Shown here: positions 39,404 through 49,170 of the stretch, piece by piece
Numbering within the stretch: position 1 is the first letter of the stretch
Layout of the letters: each line of letters opens with the position of its first letter
DNA from: Promethearchaeota archaeon
GTDB taxonomy: Archaea; Asgardarchaeota; Lokiarchaeia; Sigyniarchaeales; SOKP01
Direction of reading: 5' to 3'
Assembly (NCBI GenBank): GCA_019058245.1
Contig: JAHPZJ010000014.1
Coordinates: forward strand, 51,085 to 115,084
DNA length: 64,000 bases
Made by a program: the position numbers and the translations under genes
Notes under the pieces: generated by a model
What the model saw: the letters and a program-made list of their open reading frames with translations, nothing else
Told to the model about the DNA's origin: nothing
Databases searched by the model: none

Positions 39404-40351
39404 ATGTCTCAGACAGTTGCTGCATTTCAGCGTTGTCCTAGATGTGGAAATGAGAATAGTGCCGATATTTTTGCATGTAATTTCTGTGGATATCGATTAA
39501 AAATTGAAAAAATTGAAAAAATTAGTTTTTTTAGGAGATACGAAGCAGAATGGACTACGCCAGATCCATGGTATAAGAAAATTTTATATCTTATTATAAA
39601 TCCCCCAAGAGCCTTTCACGATATTAATCATAAAAGAAGTCAAGCTCCTGGGTGGTTAATTTTATTATTTATTGCACTATTATATGGGTTAATGGGCCTA
39701 GCTTTCTTTTCACATTTTAATATTGTGGCAATCTCAGATGATCCCCTTCGAGAATTCCTGTTTAATTTGAGTTTTTTTGTGTCTTTCTTTGTGTTTGGCT
39801 ATATTTTTCATTTAATTTATTTTGCAATTCTAATTTGGTTATTCACAAAAGGAGCTAATTATGCTGTAGGATTCTCAGATAGATTAGAAAAACGTTTTGG
39901 AGGAGTAAAAGAACAAAGGGATAAATATAAACAAACAGATGTGAGTCCGTTTAGTATTTATAAAGGGGGTACTATGTTACAATTGGAAGGGGCATATAAA
40001 TTTAGAATGATGTTATGTGCATTTATACCATTCGTATTAATATATGCTATTAAAATTCTAATTATCCTTGTTGGTTTTCAACCCGTGACCATTGGTGATG
40101 AAGATCTAACGGCTCAACAAGCACTTGATAATATCCCTATTTATTTTGATCTGATTTTCAATTCTCCAACCTGGGCTATTTTCGATATAATCGATGCGGT
40201 AATTATTGCATCTTGGGTACCAATTCTAATGACACTAGCAATAAGAGAACTAAGCAATTGTTCTACGACACGAGTGCTTGTCTCCACTATTATCATTGGT
40301 GTTATTGTAGCAATTATATTCTATTTTCTGCGTCCAACATTATTTGGTTAA
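39404..40351 (+). CDS. Zinc-ribbon plus Yip1-like membrane protein
   Basis: CPRCG..CNFCG; LIINPPRAFHDI followed by about five TM helices. Confidence 0.6.
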   Translation: MSQTVAAFQRCPRCGNENSADIFACNFCGYRLKIEKIEKISFFRRYEAEWTTPDPWYKKILYLIINPPRAFHDINHKRSQAPGWLILLFIALLYGLMGLAFFSHFNIVAISDDPLREFLFNLSFFVSFFVFGYIFHLIYFAILIWLFTKGANYAVGFSDRLEKRFGGVKEQRDKYKQTDVSPFSIYKGGTMLQLEGAYKFRMMLCAFIPFVLIYAIKILIILVGFQPVTIGDEDLTAQQALDNIPIYFDLIFNSPTWAIFDIIDAVIIASWVPILMTLAIRELSNCSTTRVLVSTIIIGVIVAIIFYFLRPTLFG

Positions 40352-40422
40352 ATTTATTAGCTCTTAATCCAAAGGATATATAAAAATCTGATTTTATTTT
40401 TTATTCTTTAACGAAGCACAAC

Positions 40423-41043
40423 ATGGGAGAAGATAATAATATTCCAGAAAATAATACCAAAATCGAATCTGAGCTTTTCGCTCTAGTAAAATCTATAACA
40501 AACCTAAACAAAAAATATCAAAAAGGTATAGTGAATGATAATTTTTTTAGGAAGGCTTTAAAAAACACAATGAATAATTTAGTAAAGCTACATATGATTT
40601 TAAAAGAAAAAAATATTCAGATGACAGGACTCTTACAAAAAATGAACCTTTCTCAAGAATACAACTCGATAATAGAAATCATAAATCACATGTCTTCTCT
40701 AAGTGTAACTGATAATACTGATGAGATAAAAAATAGAACATTTTTAGAATTGCCTGGTATTACCTCAGAAATCACCTCATCATTTATAACACTTATGGAT
40801 GCATTAACATTAGATGGATTAAGAAAGAAAGATTTAATTTTGAGATTATTTGAAGAATTAAATCAAAGTTTAAATAATTTTCCTGGATTAGATGATATTT
40901 TATCTGAAAGCAGGTCAATTCAAAAAAAAATTCAGTCTCATTTTGATGAATTTGGTGTAGATACAACCTTGAAGAAGGAAGTAATAGATAATCTTTATCT
41001 ATTATTTAAAGAATTTCAAAACAGGTTAAATCTAAAATCGTAA
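40423..41043 (+). CDS. Vps28-like ESCRT-I subunit
   Basis: ELFALVKSITNLNKKYQKG and ITSSFITLMDALTL resemble Vps28 ELFAVVKTMQALEKAY and VVSLFITVMDKLRL. Confidence 0.75.
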   Translation: MGEDNNIPENNTKIESELFALVKSITNLNKKYQKGIVNDNFFRKALKNTMNNLVKLHMILKEKNIQMTGLLQKMNLSQEYNSIIEIINHMSSLSVTDNTDEIKNRTFLELPGITSEITSSFITLMDALTLDGLRKKDLILRLFEELNQSLNNFPGLDDILSESRSIQKKIQSHFDEFGVDTTLKKEVIDNLYLLFKEFQNRLNLKS

Positions 41044-41128
41044 ATAAAATAATAAAATTAATATTTTTTTAGTAATTTAAATCCATAGAAACTTAATATT
41101 CAATACAGAAAAAAAAAAGGTAATATCA

Positions 41129-41398
41129 ATTCCACGTCCCGGCTTACGATCAAAAGCTCAAGCAAGAAAAAAATTGAGTACTCCAGGGAATAAAAATGTT
41201 ACTCATTACTGGAGAAAAAAACCTGAAAGAGCAAAATGTGCAATTTGCAAGAAGCCACTACAGTCAGTTCCAAGATTAAGACCTTCTAAAATGGTAAAAA
41301 CGCAAAAAACAGCAAGAAGAGCAAATAGAGTGGAAAGTGGAAGGTATTGTGCAAAATGTCTCCAAACCTTGATAAAAGAAGAAATTTGGAGTCAGTAA
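41129..41398 (+). CDS. rpl34e: 50S ribosomal protein eL34, probable ATT start
   Basis: PRPGLRSKAQARKKLSTPG...CAICKKPL...YCAKC. Confidence 0.92.
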   Translation: MPRPGLRSKAQARKKLSTPGNKNVTHYWRKKPERAKCAICKKPLQSVPRLRPSKMVKTQKTARRANRVESGRYCAKCLQTLIKEEIWSQ

Positions 41399-41458
41399 TT
41401 AATATCTACTATTCTCGATAATCAAAGTTATTTTCAGTAAAAATTATACGTCATAACT

Positions 41459-42004
41459 ATGATCTTATCCATTTCAGGTCTTCATGGAACTGGAAAATCT
41501 ACAATTGGAAAGTTATTAGCTGCAAAATTGGGATTTCAATATTATAGCACTGGTCAGGCTTTTAGAGACTTAGCTCAAGATATGAATATGACATTAGAAG
41601 AATTTTCAAAATTTGTGGAAAAGAACCCTGAAATCGATAAAGATTTCGATAATAAAATAATAAAAATTGCTCAAGAAGGAAATATCATTGTTGATAGTCA
41701 ACTAAGTGGACACCTCCTAAAATCTATTGCTGACTTTAAAATTATGTTAATTTGTCCTGTAGAAATCAGAGTTAAACGAATGGCTGAAAGAGATGGCACT
41801 TCATACCAACAAAAGTTAAAAGAAACTCAATTACGAGAGAAATCGGAACTAGAGCGATTTAAACATCTCTATAATATAGATTTAAGTGATCAAAAGGAAA
41901 TCAAAAAACTCTATAACATAATTATAAATACTGAACCTCTCACTATTGAAGAAATTATAGAAAAGATAATCTTAGCTTTAGAAGAGAATAAATTAATTAC
42001 TTAG
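41459..42004 (+). CDS. cmk: Cytidylate kinase (archaeal type)
   Basis: ISGLHGTGKST, STGQAFR, RVKRMAERDG; position between eL34 and eL14. Confidence 0.9.
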   Translation: MILSISGLHGTGKSTIGKLLAAKLGFQYYSTGQAFRDLAQDMNMTLEEFSKFVEKNPEIDKDFDNKIIKIAQEGNIIVDSQLSGHLLKSIADFKIMLICPVEIRVKRMAERDGTSYQQKLKETQLREKSELERFKHLYNIDLSDQKEIKKLYNIIINTEPLTIEEIIEKIILALEENKLIT

Positions 42005-42132
42005 TTTTAAAAATCATAAAAATTTTATTCTTGTTAATATTTTTTAAAACACTAAAAATTGTATTTGTATACTGGTGATGTTAAATAACCAGTTATAAAT
42101 AAGTATCTAAAAATAATTTGGTGACAAATTAT

Positions 42133-42405
42133 ATGAGTGTATATGATATTGGAAGATTATGCGTAAAAACTATGGGAAGAGAAGCAGGGCATTATTGTGT
42201 CATTGTTGATATAATAGATAAAAATTACCTGCTAATTGATGGTTTAAAGGTTCGAAGAAGAAGAGTGAATTATAACCACATAGAACCAATAGCAGATGTA
42301 TTGGACATTAAAAAAGGTGCTTCACACGATCAGGTAGAAGCGGCGATTAAAAAAGCTAAATTAAAAAAAAAAATGAGTGAAACTGTATCTATCCCCATCA
42401 AATAA
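42133..42405 (+). CDS. rpl14e: 50S ribosomal protein eL14
   Basis: IGRLCVKTMGREAG, VRRRRVNYNHIEP. Confidence 0.94.
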   Translation: MSVYDIGRLCVKTMGREAGHYCVIVDIIDKNYLLIDGLKVRRRRVNYNHIEPIADVLDIKKGASHDQVEAAIKKAKLKKKMSETVSIPIK

Positions 42406-42455
42406 ATTAATAAATTCGCATCCCAAATATTCTTTTATTCATTATTTTTTTTATT

Positions 42456-42586
42456 GCAACGGTTGCCTAGCCCGGTACGGCGCCGGCTTGGAGATAAATT
42501 CTTCCCAAAAAGCCGGTGTGGGTATCCACTCGGGGGTTCGAGCTATGAGGAAATTCTTCTTATAGGAATAAATCCCTCCCGTTGCG
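42456..42586 (+). tRNA. tRNA-Ser (GGA) with two BHB introns (42494-42510 at 37/38; 42542-42571 at 58/59)
   Basis: Acceptor GCAACGG/CCGTTGC, G73, CCGGC-TTGGAG|A-GCCGG, variable arm GTGG-GTAT-CCAC. Confidence 0.9.
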
Positions 42587-42613
42587 TTTTTCTATTTGTA
42601 TATCCGAAAAATC

Positions 42614-43219
42614 TTACACGTCCGGAAATTCCAAAGCTTTTGCTTTTTGTCCCGCAAACATGCCGCCCATTCCTCCAGAAGCTTGAGATTGAATCTTCAA
42701 TAATCTTTGAATAAACGTATTGATTCCCAATGAACATAAAAAATACCATGCTGTAAAATTAATCCAAATTTTTCCCGCACTTATAAGACCTCCAATAAGA
42801 GGAATATCGTTTGCATGCATCGGAGAAAGTGCCACCGGATGTCTCCCAAAAACAACCGAGTTCAAAATTCCAAAAATTATTATCATTGGAAGAAACGTTA
42901 CACAAGAAGGCTTTAATCTTTGAAGTGACATCCGTTGCTGGGTTTTCTTGACCATAATATCTTTACGTTCCCATCTTTTTCGAGCTTTTCTATATCGTTC
43001 AGGGTCGGTCTCTGCTAAATCAATTATCTTTTGTTTTTCTTCGTCATGTGCTTTGATTAATGCTTGTTTACGGTTAGTTTCTTCTGTGTCAACTAACCAT
43101 TTGGTTAAAAATGTGCTAATTAGTGCAGTTGCTGTAGATAGCAGTAATACAAATAGCATTGAACCAGGGGGCGTTCCTATCAAATTCACAAAGTCATTTT
43201 CAAAAAATAAAGATAACAT
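42614..43219 (-). CDS. EMC3/TMCO1/DUF106 (Oxa1 superfamily) insertase
   Basis: TM1-coiled coil-LKPSCVTFLP-TM2, WYFLCS motif; follows secY. Confidence 0.85.
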   Translation of the reverse strand: MLSLFFENDFVNLIGTPPGSMLFVLLLSTATALISTFLTKWLVDTEETNRKQALIKAHDEEKQKIIDLAETDPERYRKARKRWERKDIMVKKTQQRMSLQRLKPSCVTFLPMIIIFGILNSVVFGRHPVALSPMHANDIPLIGGLISAGKIWINFTAWYFLCSLGINTFIQRLLKIQSQASGGMGGMFAGQKAKALEFPDV

Positions 43220-43390
43220 CTCTATCTGTATTTATATTGGAATTATTATAAAGTTTTCATAATATAGGCTATTCTTCTTGAAATGGAGAGTAATTAATTA
43301 ATATGGATTTATCACTCTTTTTAATCATAGTTATTATTGTATCTAGAATATTCTTATCAAATTAATCAGTAATAAGTATAAAGATGTTAA

Positions 43391-44881
43391 TTAATCCATG
43401 CCAAGCAATGCACGCATGCCAGGATACTGACTCGCAGCTAACTCCTTCGATATCGTCTCTGCATAATTATGGATTATCCCTATAGCGATCAAAAGCCCCG
43501 TACCTGAAGTCAATGCACCTAATGAATCTGCCGAGAAACTTAAGATTGCGATAATTATTCCGTTGAGAATAACTAAAGTAGGGATGTACCGCTTAAGAAT
43601 TCGCTCGATGATTTTGGATGAGCTCCTAAACCCAGGAACCTGCATTTTCGAATCTAATATTTGCTGAGCTATATCTCTCGGTGCAAGACCCGAGACTTCG
43701 ACCCAGACACGACCGAGTACTATACAAAGGTATATAAATATAACAAGATATATCAGTGCTTTCGCTGGGTAATCAATTAACTGCTGATATCCCAATGGTG
43801 GAGTCAGTAACCAAACCAAACCCCCATAAGGCACTAATTGATTTCCTTGACCTCCACCTCCGGCTGATACAGAATGAAATTTCCCTATTAAATCAACCCA
43901 AAAATCAGGGACGCCCCACGAACGTAACCAACCCGATGGTCCAGCCAATAATTGCCCAAAAAATAAAATGTTCGCATATAATGCATTAACTAAAATAACC
44001 GGTATATTGGAAACATACAGGAGTTTCATTGGATATTTTCCCTTAAAACCTCGATAGCCTCGATATGCAAGTGGGATCTCAACGCGCGTAGATTCGAACC
44101 ATATTACTAATAAAAAGATAACTATAGTGGAAATTATGCCTAAAAGTGAGGGCAACCGTGATCCCCGTAAAAAAAGCCCTCCTACATTCGTCCTAGAATC
44201 TCCATCAAATATGGCAGTAAAAAATGCGATAACAATTCCTCTGGGAAGATAGACATTCGGAATACCTTCAACCTGAGTGGGAGCAAAACTAAAACAGTTC
44301 CAAAATATTTGACCAGCAACTCCTGCCGCGATAAATAGAGAAACTCCACTCCCTAATCCCCATCCTTTTTGAAGAACCTCATCTAAGAGAATAATAACTA
44401 TTCCTGCAAATAATAACTGGAAAAAAATAAAAAATGCATTATCTAATCCTAATTCGTTCGCCTTACCAAAAGCCCCTCCTATAATATAGGAAACTGCATT
44501 AAAGATTGTCAAAAAAACCGACATAACCTTTTGTGCTCCACTAAACATAGCTCTATCGTACGGATCAGACATATTTACATTTATTAACTTTGATCCCATA
44601 AGCAATTGCATGATAAGACCCGCTGTGACTATTGGTCCTATCCCTAATTCTGTTAAAGTGCCTCTCTGACTTGCTAGAATAACTCGAAGCCAATAAAAGT
44701 AATCTGTTGATTGTGCTAGATTTACTCCATATAAAGGAATATTACTCATTATCAAATAAATAATAAGGACAACAGCAGTCCAAATAAATTTCTCCTTAAA
44801 AGAAACCTCACGCTGTGGTTGTTTAATTTCGGGCATTACTTTTACAAAAGGGGTAAAGAACCTAAGAAATTTACCAGCCAT
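43391..44881 (-). CDS. secY: Preprotein translocase SecY/Sec61alpha
   Basis: RGTLTELGIGPIVTAGLIMQLL, KGWGLGSGVSLFIA, YPMKLLYVSNIPVIL, SGTGLLIA. Confidence 0.97.
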   Translation of the reverse strand: MAGKFLRFFTPFVKVMPEIKQPQREVSFKEKFIWTAVVLIIYLIMSNIPLYGVNLAQSTDYFYWLRVILASQRGTLTELGIGPIVTAGLIMQLLMGSKLINVNMSDPYDRAMFSGAQKVMSVFLTIFNAVSYIIGGAFGKANELGLDNAFFIFFQLLFAGIVIILLDEVLQKGWGLGSGVSLFIAAGVAGQIFWNCFSFAPTQVEGIPNVYLPRGIVIAFFTAIFDGDSRTNVGGLFLRGSRLPSLLGIISTIVIFLLVIWFESTRVEIPLAYRGYRGFKGKYPMKLLYVSNIPVILVNALYANILFFGQLLAGPSGWLRSWGVPDFWVDLIGKFHSVSAGGGGQGNQLVPYGGLVWLLTPPLGYQQLIDYPAKALIYLVIFIYLCIVLGRVWVEVSGLAPRDIAQQILDSKMQVPGFRSSSKIIERILKRYIPTLVILNGIIIAILSFSADSLGALTSGTGLLIAIGIIHNYAETISKELAASQYPGMRALLGMD

Positions 44882-45251
44882 AGTTTATCAATAGTGTGAG
44901 TCAATTAAATAATTTGTATAAGTTGATTATTTCAACTTCTTAACTTTTGAATGTAATATAAAAAAAATGGAATTTAAAAAAAAGTTTGCGATTTGACTTG
45001 ATCTTTACTTTGATAATAATTTACAAATTTGAAGCAGAATTAGACAATGGATTGGAAAAAAAGAAAATAAAAAAAATTTAATTCTTTTTAATTAAAAACT
45101 AAAAGTAATTGAATAATATTATAAAGATTTTATATAATCTTAAAATAGTATTATAATCCTTTTCTAGTGTTTTTATCTTTTTTTATTGTTTTTTAATTAT
45201 TTGTAAATTGCTTTTGTGGGTATCTCACTCTCACTTTTATAAAATATAAGA

Positions 45252-45542
45252 TTAAAAGAGACTTCCGATGCCAGTTGGCTCTTCTTCTTCGGTTTCTTCT
45301 TCTTTCTTTGTTTCTGCCTTTTTATCCTCAACAACTCCGCCAGTTGGGGCAGCGGCTACTGGTATTGCACTCGCAGATTGTATAATATCCTCTATATTTG
45401 TCTCCTTTAATCCTGCAATAAGTTTTGCAATTTCCGATTTATCAACCTTCGCACCTGCTGCGTTTAATACTTTTTCTACATTTGATTCGTTAACTTTACC
45501 TCCAGCTTTGTGAAGTAATAAAGCGGCATAGATACTTTCCAT
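45252..45542 (-). CDS. rpl12: Ribosomal stalk protein P1 (aL12)
   Basis: MESIYAALLLH, acidic hinge, GIGSLF C-terminus. Confidence 0.95.
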   Translation of the reverse strand: MESIYAALLLHKAGGKVNESNVEKVLNAAGAKVDKSEIAKLIAGLKETNIEDIIQSASAIPVAAAPTGGVVEDKKAETKKEEETEEEEPTGIGSLF

Positions 45543-45610
45543 ATTTTATAACCTCTTTTTTTATAATTTTATATGTAATTTTAATTGAAATTTAAAATAA
45601 TCTTGATTTA

Positions 45611-46504
45611 TTATCCAAATAATCCTCCAATACCTACACTTTCAGATTCTTCTTCCTCTTCTGGTTCTTGTTCTTCAACTTTAGCCTTTTCGTCGTGAGG
45701 TGGAATTTGAATTCCTTCTCCAAAAATAATAACATTCAATATAGTGGCCTCAGAAGCAGCTTTTCGAATATAATCTTCCGTCATATCCTCTAGGAAAAAA
45801 GGCATCTCGAATAAAATCCCTAATGCTTCTCTATAAGCTTTAGTAACATTTTGTGTAAATTGTTCCATATCCATATACAAAATATCTTCTGGGATAATCT
45901 CACCATCACTCCATGCAAAATGGATCTTAATCAACGATTCTATTGGAGTTATTCCTAGTTTTTTCAAAACTGCTGCTTGTTTCACATCAACCAAATCGCC
46001 TGCTTTATGTGTTCTTGTATCTTCACGAATATATATTGTATCATTCATTATTCTGGTAGGTAACCGTAAAGTCATGTTCAATTCACTTATAACCTGTCCC
46101 GTAGGCAATCCCGTATCTCCTGCGGGAACCCATATATCTACTGGAGTGATTTCATTTGGTTTCGCGGGAACCATCCACTCATTTTCAAGAAAAATATTCT
46201 TCAATTCGAATAAATCGATGTTAGTGAACACAAGACTAGATTGACCGGGGATTTGCTCTGCGAATTCATCTAAATTTTTCTTTTTAGATTCTTTTTTAAA
46301 TTGTTCTATTGCTCGTTGTTGAAGTGATCTTTTTGACATTCGAAATTCTGCTTTCCCTCTTAAAATCTTTCTCATCGTCTGGATTTGCTTATCACTTATA
46401 TGAGCAACTTCAATTACGACAACATTCTTATAATTCTTAAATAAATCAATTAAGTAATTGATTTCATTAATTTTCCATTGTGGGATATGTTTATTTTCAA
46501 TCAT
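45611..46504 (-). CDS. rpl10: Ribosomal stalk protein uL10 (P0)
   Basis: IPQWK, QIQTMRKILRG, VPAGDTG, LKKLGITP, GIGGLFG. Confidence 0.95.
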   Translation of the reverse strand: MIENKHIPQWKINEINYLIDLFKNYKNVVVIEVAHISDKQIQTMRKILRGKAEFRMSKRSLQQRAIEQFKKESKKKNLDEFAEQIPGQSSLVFTNIDLFELKNIFLENEWMVPAKPNEITPVDIWVPAGDTGLPTGQVISELNMTLRLPTRIMNDTIYIREDTRTHKAGDLVDVKQAAVLKKLGITPIESLIKIHFAWSDGEIIPEDILYMDMEQFTQNVTKAYREALGILFEMPFFLEDMTEDYIRKAASEATILNVIIFGEGIQIPPHDEKAKVEEQEPEEEEESESVGIGGLFG

Positions 46505-46508
46505 GTTT

Positions 46509-47237
46509 TCACACCTTGATACTTTTTAGGAACTCTTCTTGTACTTTCACAGGTTTTCCCATTGTTGATTTAAGATACATGGATTTAAAATTATTGAATT
46601 TATGGGGCATCTGATCGGCGATAAAATCTATTACTGTTTTCATATTTTCATATAACTTTTCCTGTTCCATAGATTTTTTACCTATCTTAATAAAAATAAT
46701 CGGTTGCTTTTTCATCTGAACGCGAATTACCTTTCTATAACGCTCGCTAGCTACTTTTAAATCTTCAGAACTAGAAATGATTCCATAACCTGTAGGGAAA
46801 GGTTTTGGCATTTTACCAACAGGTCCAAGGAACCTTGCTAAATACCTCGCAACGTCCCTCATCATTTTATCTTCAACAACAAAGTAGTCATATTTTTTAG
46901 CAAATTTTTTCTTGAATTTCTTCTCCTCATTGTTTAAACTTATCAGTCCAGTTGAATCCAGCGTATCCAATCCAAGTTTTTTTGCTTCGAGCAATATTTC
47001 ATCTGATGCAATCACGCAAATATTCGGGTTATTCCCTGTAATCACATCATGAGATAAAATAATTTCTTTATCTATTCTATTTTTTGGATCATTTAGATTA
47101 ATGTCTTTAATATTTATAATAAGGTCAATAGATTCATCAAATTTCCTTGATTTATCTTTAAAGCCTTCCTTTTTAATTATGGAAAAATCGAGTGCAGCAT
47201 TTAATGACTTTTTTAATAATTTATCATCTACTTTCAA
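46509..47237 (-). CDS. rpl1: 50S ribosomal protein uL1
   Basis: RKFDESIDL, LGPVGKMP, YLKSTMGKP. Confidence 0.95.
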   Translation of the reverse strand: MKVDDKLLKKSLNAALDFSIIKKEGFKDKSRKFDESIDLIINIKDINLNDPKNRIDKEIILSHDVITGNNPNICVIASDEILLEAKKLGLDTLDSTGLISLNNEEKKFKKKFAKKYDYFVVEDKMMRDVARYLARFLGPVGKMPKPFPTGYGIISSSEDLKVASERYRKVIRVQMKKQPIIFIKIGKKSMEQEKLYENMKTVIDFIADQMPHKFNNFKSMYLKSTMGKPVKVQEEFLKSIKV

Positions 47238-47243
47238 GTTTTA

Positions 47244-47738
47244 TTACTCACCCCTTATCTTTTCGTCATATTCCCCATTTTGAACTCTTTTTTGAATGAC
47301 TCTGGGATCTTCTCCTTCAACAGTCAACCCTACAGATAATGCTGTACCCAAAACTGTTTTTATCGCTGCTTTATAGGTTTTATCCAAAAATTTCTCTCTT
47401 TTTGCGTCAACTACATTCTGGATTTGGTCTAAAGTTACATTTCCAATTTTTTGTTCAGAAACACTAGAACTACCCTTTTCAACCCCTAATTCTTTAAGCA
47501 AAAGTGATGCGGTAGAAGGGGTTTCAATATATATTTCAAATTGCTTTGTCTCTGGATCACATTCAATTCTCACTGGAACCGTCAAACCTTTGAATACTGC
47601 TGTTTGTGTGTTAATCTCATCGACAACATCTTTTATATTTATGCCTGTTGGTCCGACGGCAGGACCAATTGGAGGCCCCCCACTTGCACTTCCTCCAGTT
47701 ACCAATGCTTTTACGATAATTTTTCCCTTTTCACTCAT
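47244..47738 (-). CDS. rpl11: 50S ribosomal protein uL11
   Basis: GGSASGGPPIGPAVGP, PSTASLL, VLGTALSVG. Confidence 0.96.
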   Translation of the reverse strand: MSEKGKIIVKALVTGGSASGGPPIGPAVGPTGINIKDVVDEINTQTAVFKGLTVPVRIECDPETKQFEIYIETPSTASLLLKELGVEKGSSSVSEQKIGNVTLDQIQNVVDAKREKFLDKTYKAAIKTVLGTALSVGLTVEGEDPRVIQKRVQNGEYDEKIRGE

Positions 47739-48065
47739 TTCATTTCAGTTTTCAAATTAATCTTAAATTCAATGCTGATTTATAAAGGATTAGGAACGTA
47801 AAAATGAATATTTTCATCATTTTTTCATTTCAATATCTTAAATTTATTATATTGAAACCGTTGTATTATTACGTCCTAAGTCCTCTAAAAAATATTTGAA
47901 CTTAGTAATTTTGTAGAATGAAAGAACGTTAAAAAATTTTGCTAAAAATAAGAATAGAATAATAACTGCGATATTATTTAAGTGTATTAACATTATTCTG
48001 GTTTCATAAATCCTCAAAAAGTTGGTCAAAGATACTTTCTGAATTTAGGTTGCTATTTGAAATAA

Positions 48066-49154
48066 TTAAAGGAAAAAATCCTGTACTATTTTTTCAATTG
48101 GTCGAAAAACTTTTAAATCGCCTTCCCAATTTTGTAAAAGATTGTAATAAATACCTTCTATTTTTTCAATTAAATTACTTAATATAACCTGAAGAGAATT
48201 TAACTTCTCCTTGCTTATTATTACACCATAGATAAAATCTCCTGGCTGAATAATAATGTATTTTCCTTTTTTCTCAATAATAGAAGTCTCTTTCTCTCCA
48301 CTAATTTGTTCAAGCATCATTCTTAAACTTGTCATTACTCCCGAAACAGAAGAGCTATAAGGAATTTGTTTCTCTTCTATAAAAGATTTTTCATAAATTA
48401 ATAATCCTGATTTATGCATAATAAAAAGGCTTTCAACCTTCTTTTGCCAATTATATTCTGAAAATGAAGGAGTAGATAAAAAAAAGGAATATAAGAAAAA
48501 TAATGCAATGATTTGTAAAAAATCTCCTACAATTCGAGAGATTAATCCGAATAAATTAAGTATAATATCCGTTGTTAGAAAAAATCCAGAAATTAGAGTT
48601 GTCATTCCCACTACAAATTGAATATATCTATATTTGAATTTCCCCAATATTGGATTTGATTTAAAGATTGAATTCAATTCTAAAGTATAAAAAATAAAAA
48701 ATACAATAAAAATAGGCCAAAACGTTAATGATATTACCTGTCCATATTGAAAATCATACAATATTATTATAAAAAACAAAATAATATCTGAAATGAAAAT
48801 TATGGTAAACAGATATCTTTTTATTAATACTGTATAGCTTTCGATAGTATAAATAAATAATATTACTCCTAAGATCATGGAGATGTAGCCACAATTTAAA
48901 TAGATTATCCTCAATTCAGAAGATATAACGTAATGATCTCCTATTATAAAAAATATCCACATAAATGAAAAACCTAAATATAGGTATACATATCCCCTCT
49001 CTTGAAGACTTTTTAATTCGTTTTTAAATTTAAAAACTCGCCCTAAGAAGATAATAGCAAACTCAAAATAGAGTAGCACTATTATCCATTCAGTTATCAA
49101 TGCTAGTTCTGCCATAGATCCTATTAATGGAAAATTTATTTCTTCAAATATCAT
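48066..49154 (-). CDS. 7-TM membrane protein with C-terminal longin-like domain
   Basis: Seven hydrophobic segments, then EYNWQKKVESLFIMHKSGLLIY...SGVMTSL...WEGDLKVF. Confidence 0.65.
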   Translation of the reverse strand: MIFEEINFPLIGSMAELALITEWIIVLLYFEFAIIFLGRVFKFKNELKSLQERGYVYLYLGFSFMWIFFIIGDHYVISSELRIIYLNCGYISMILGVILFIYTIESYTVLIKRYLFTIIFISDIILFFIIILYDFQYGQVISLTFWPIFIVFFIFYTLELNSIFKSNPILGKFKYRYIQFVVGMTTLISGFFLTTDIILNLFGLISRIVGDFLQIIALFFLYSFFLSTPSFSEYNWQKKVESLFIMHKSGLLIYEKSFIEEKQIPYSSSVSGVMTSLRMMLEQISGEKETSIIEKKGKYIIIQPGDFIYGVIISKEKLNSLQVILSNLIEKIEGIYYNLLQNWEGDLKVFRPIEKIVQDFFL

Positions 49155-49170
49155 GAAAAAATCTTAAATT

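Noticed and set aside
42377-42749. ORFs 42377-42565 (-), 42454-42714 (+) and 42543-42749 (-)
   Set aside because: Shadow frames over tRNA-Ser and the EMC3/TMCO1 gene
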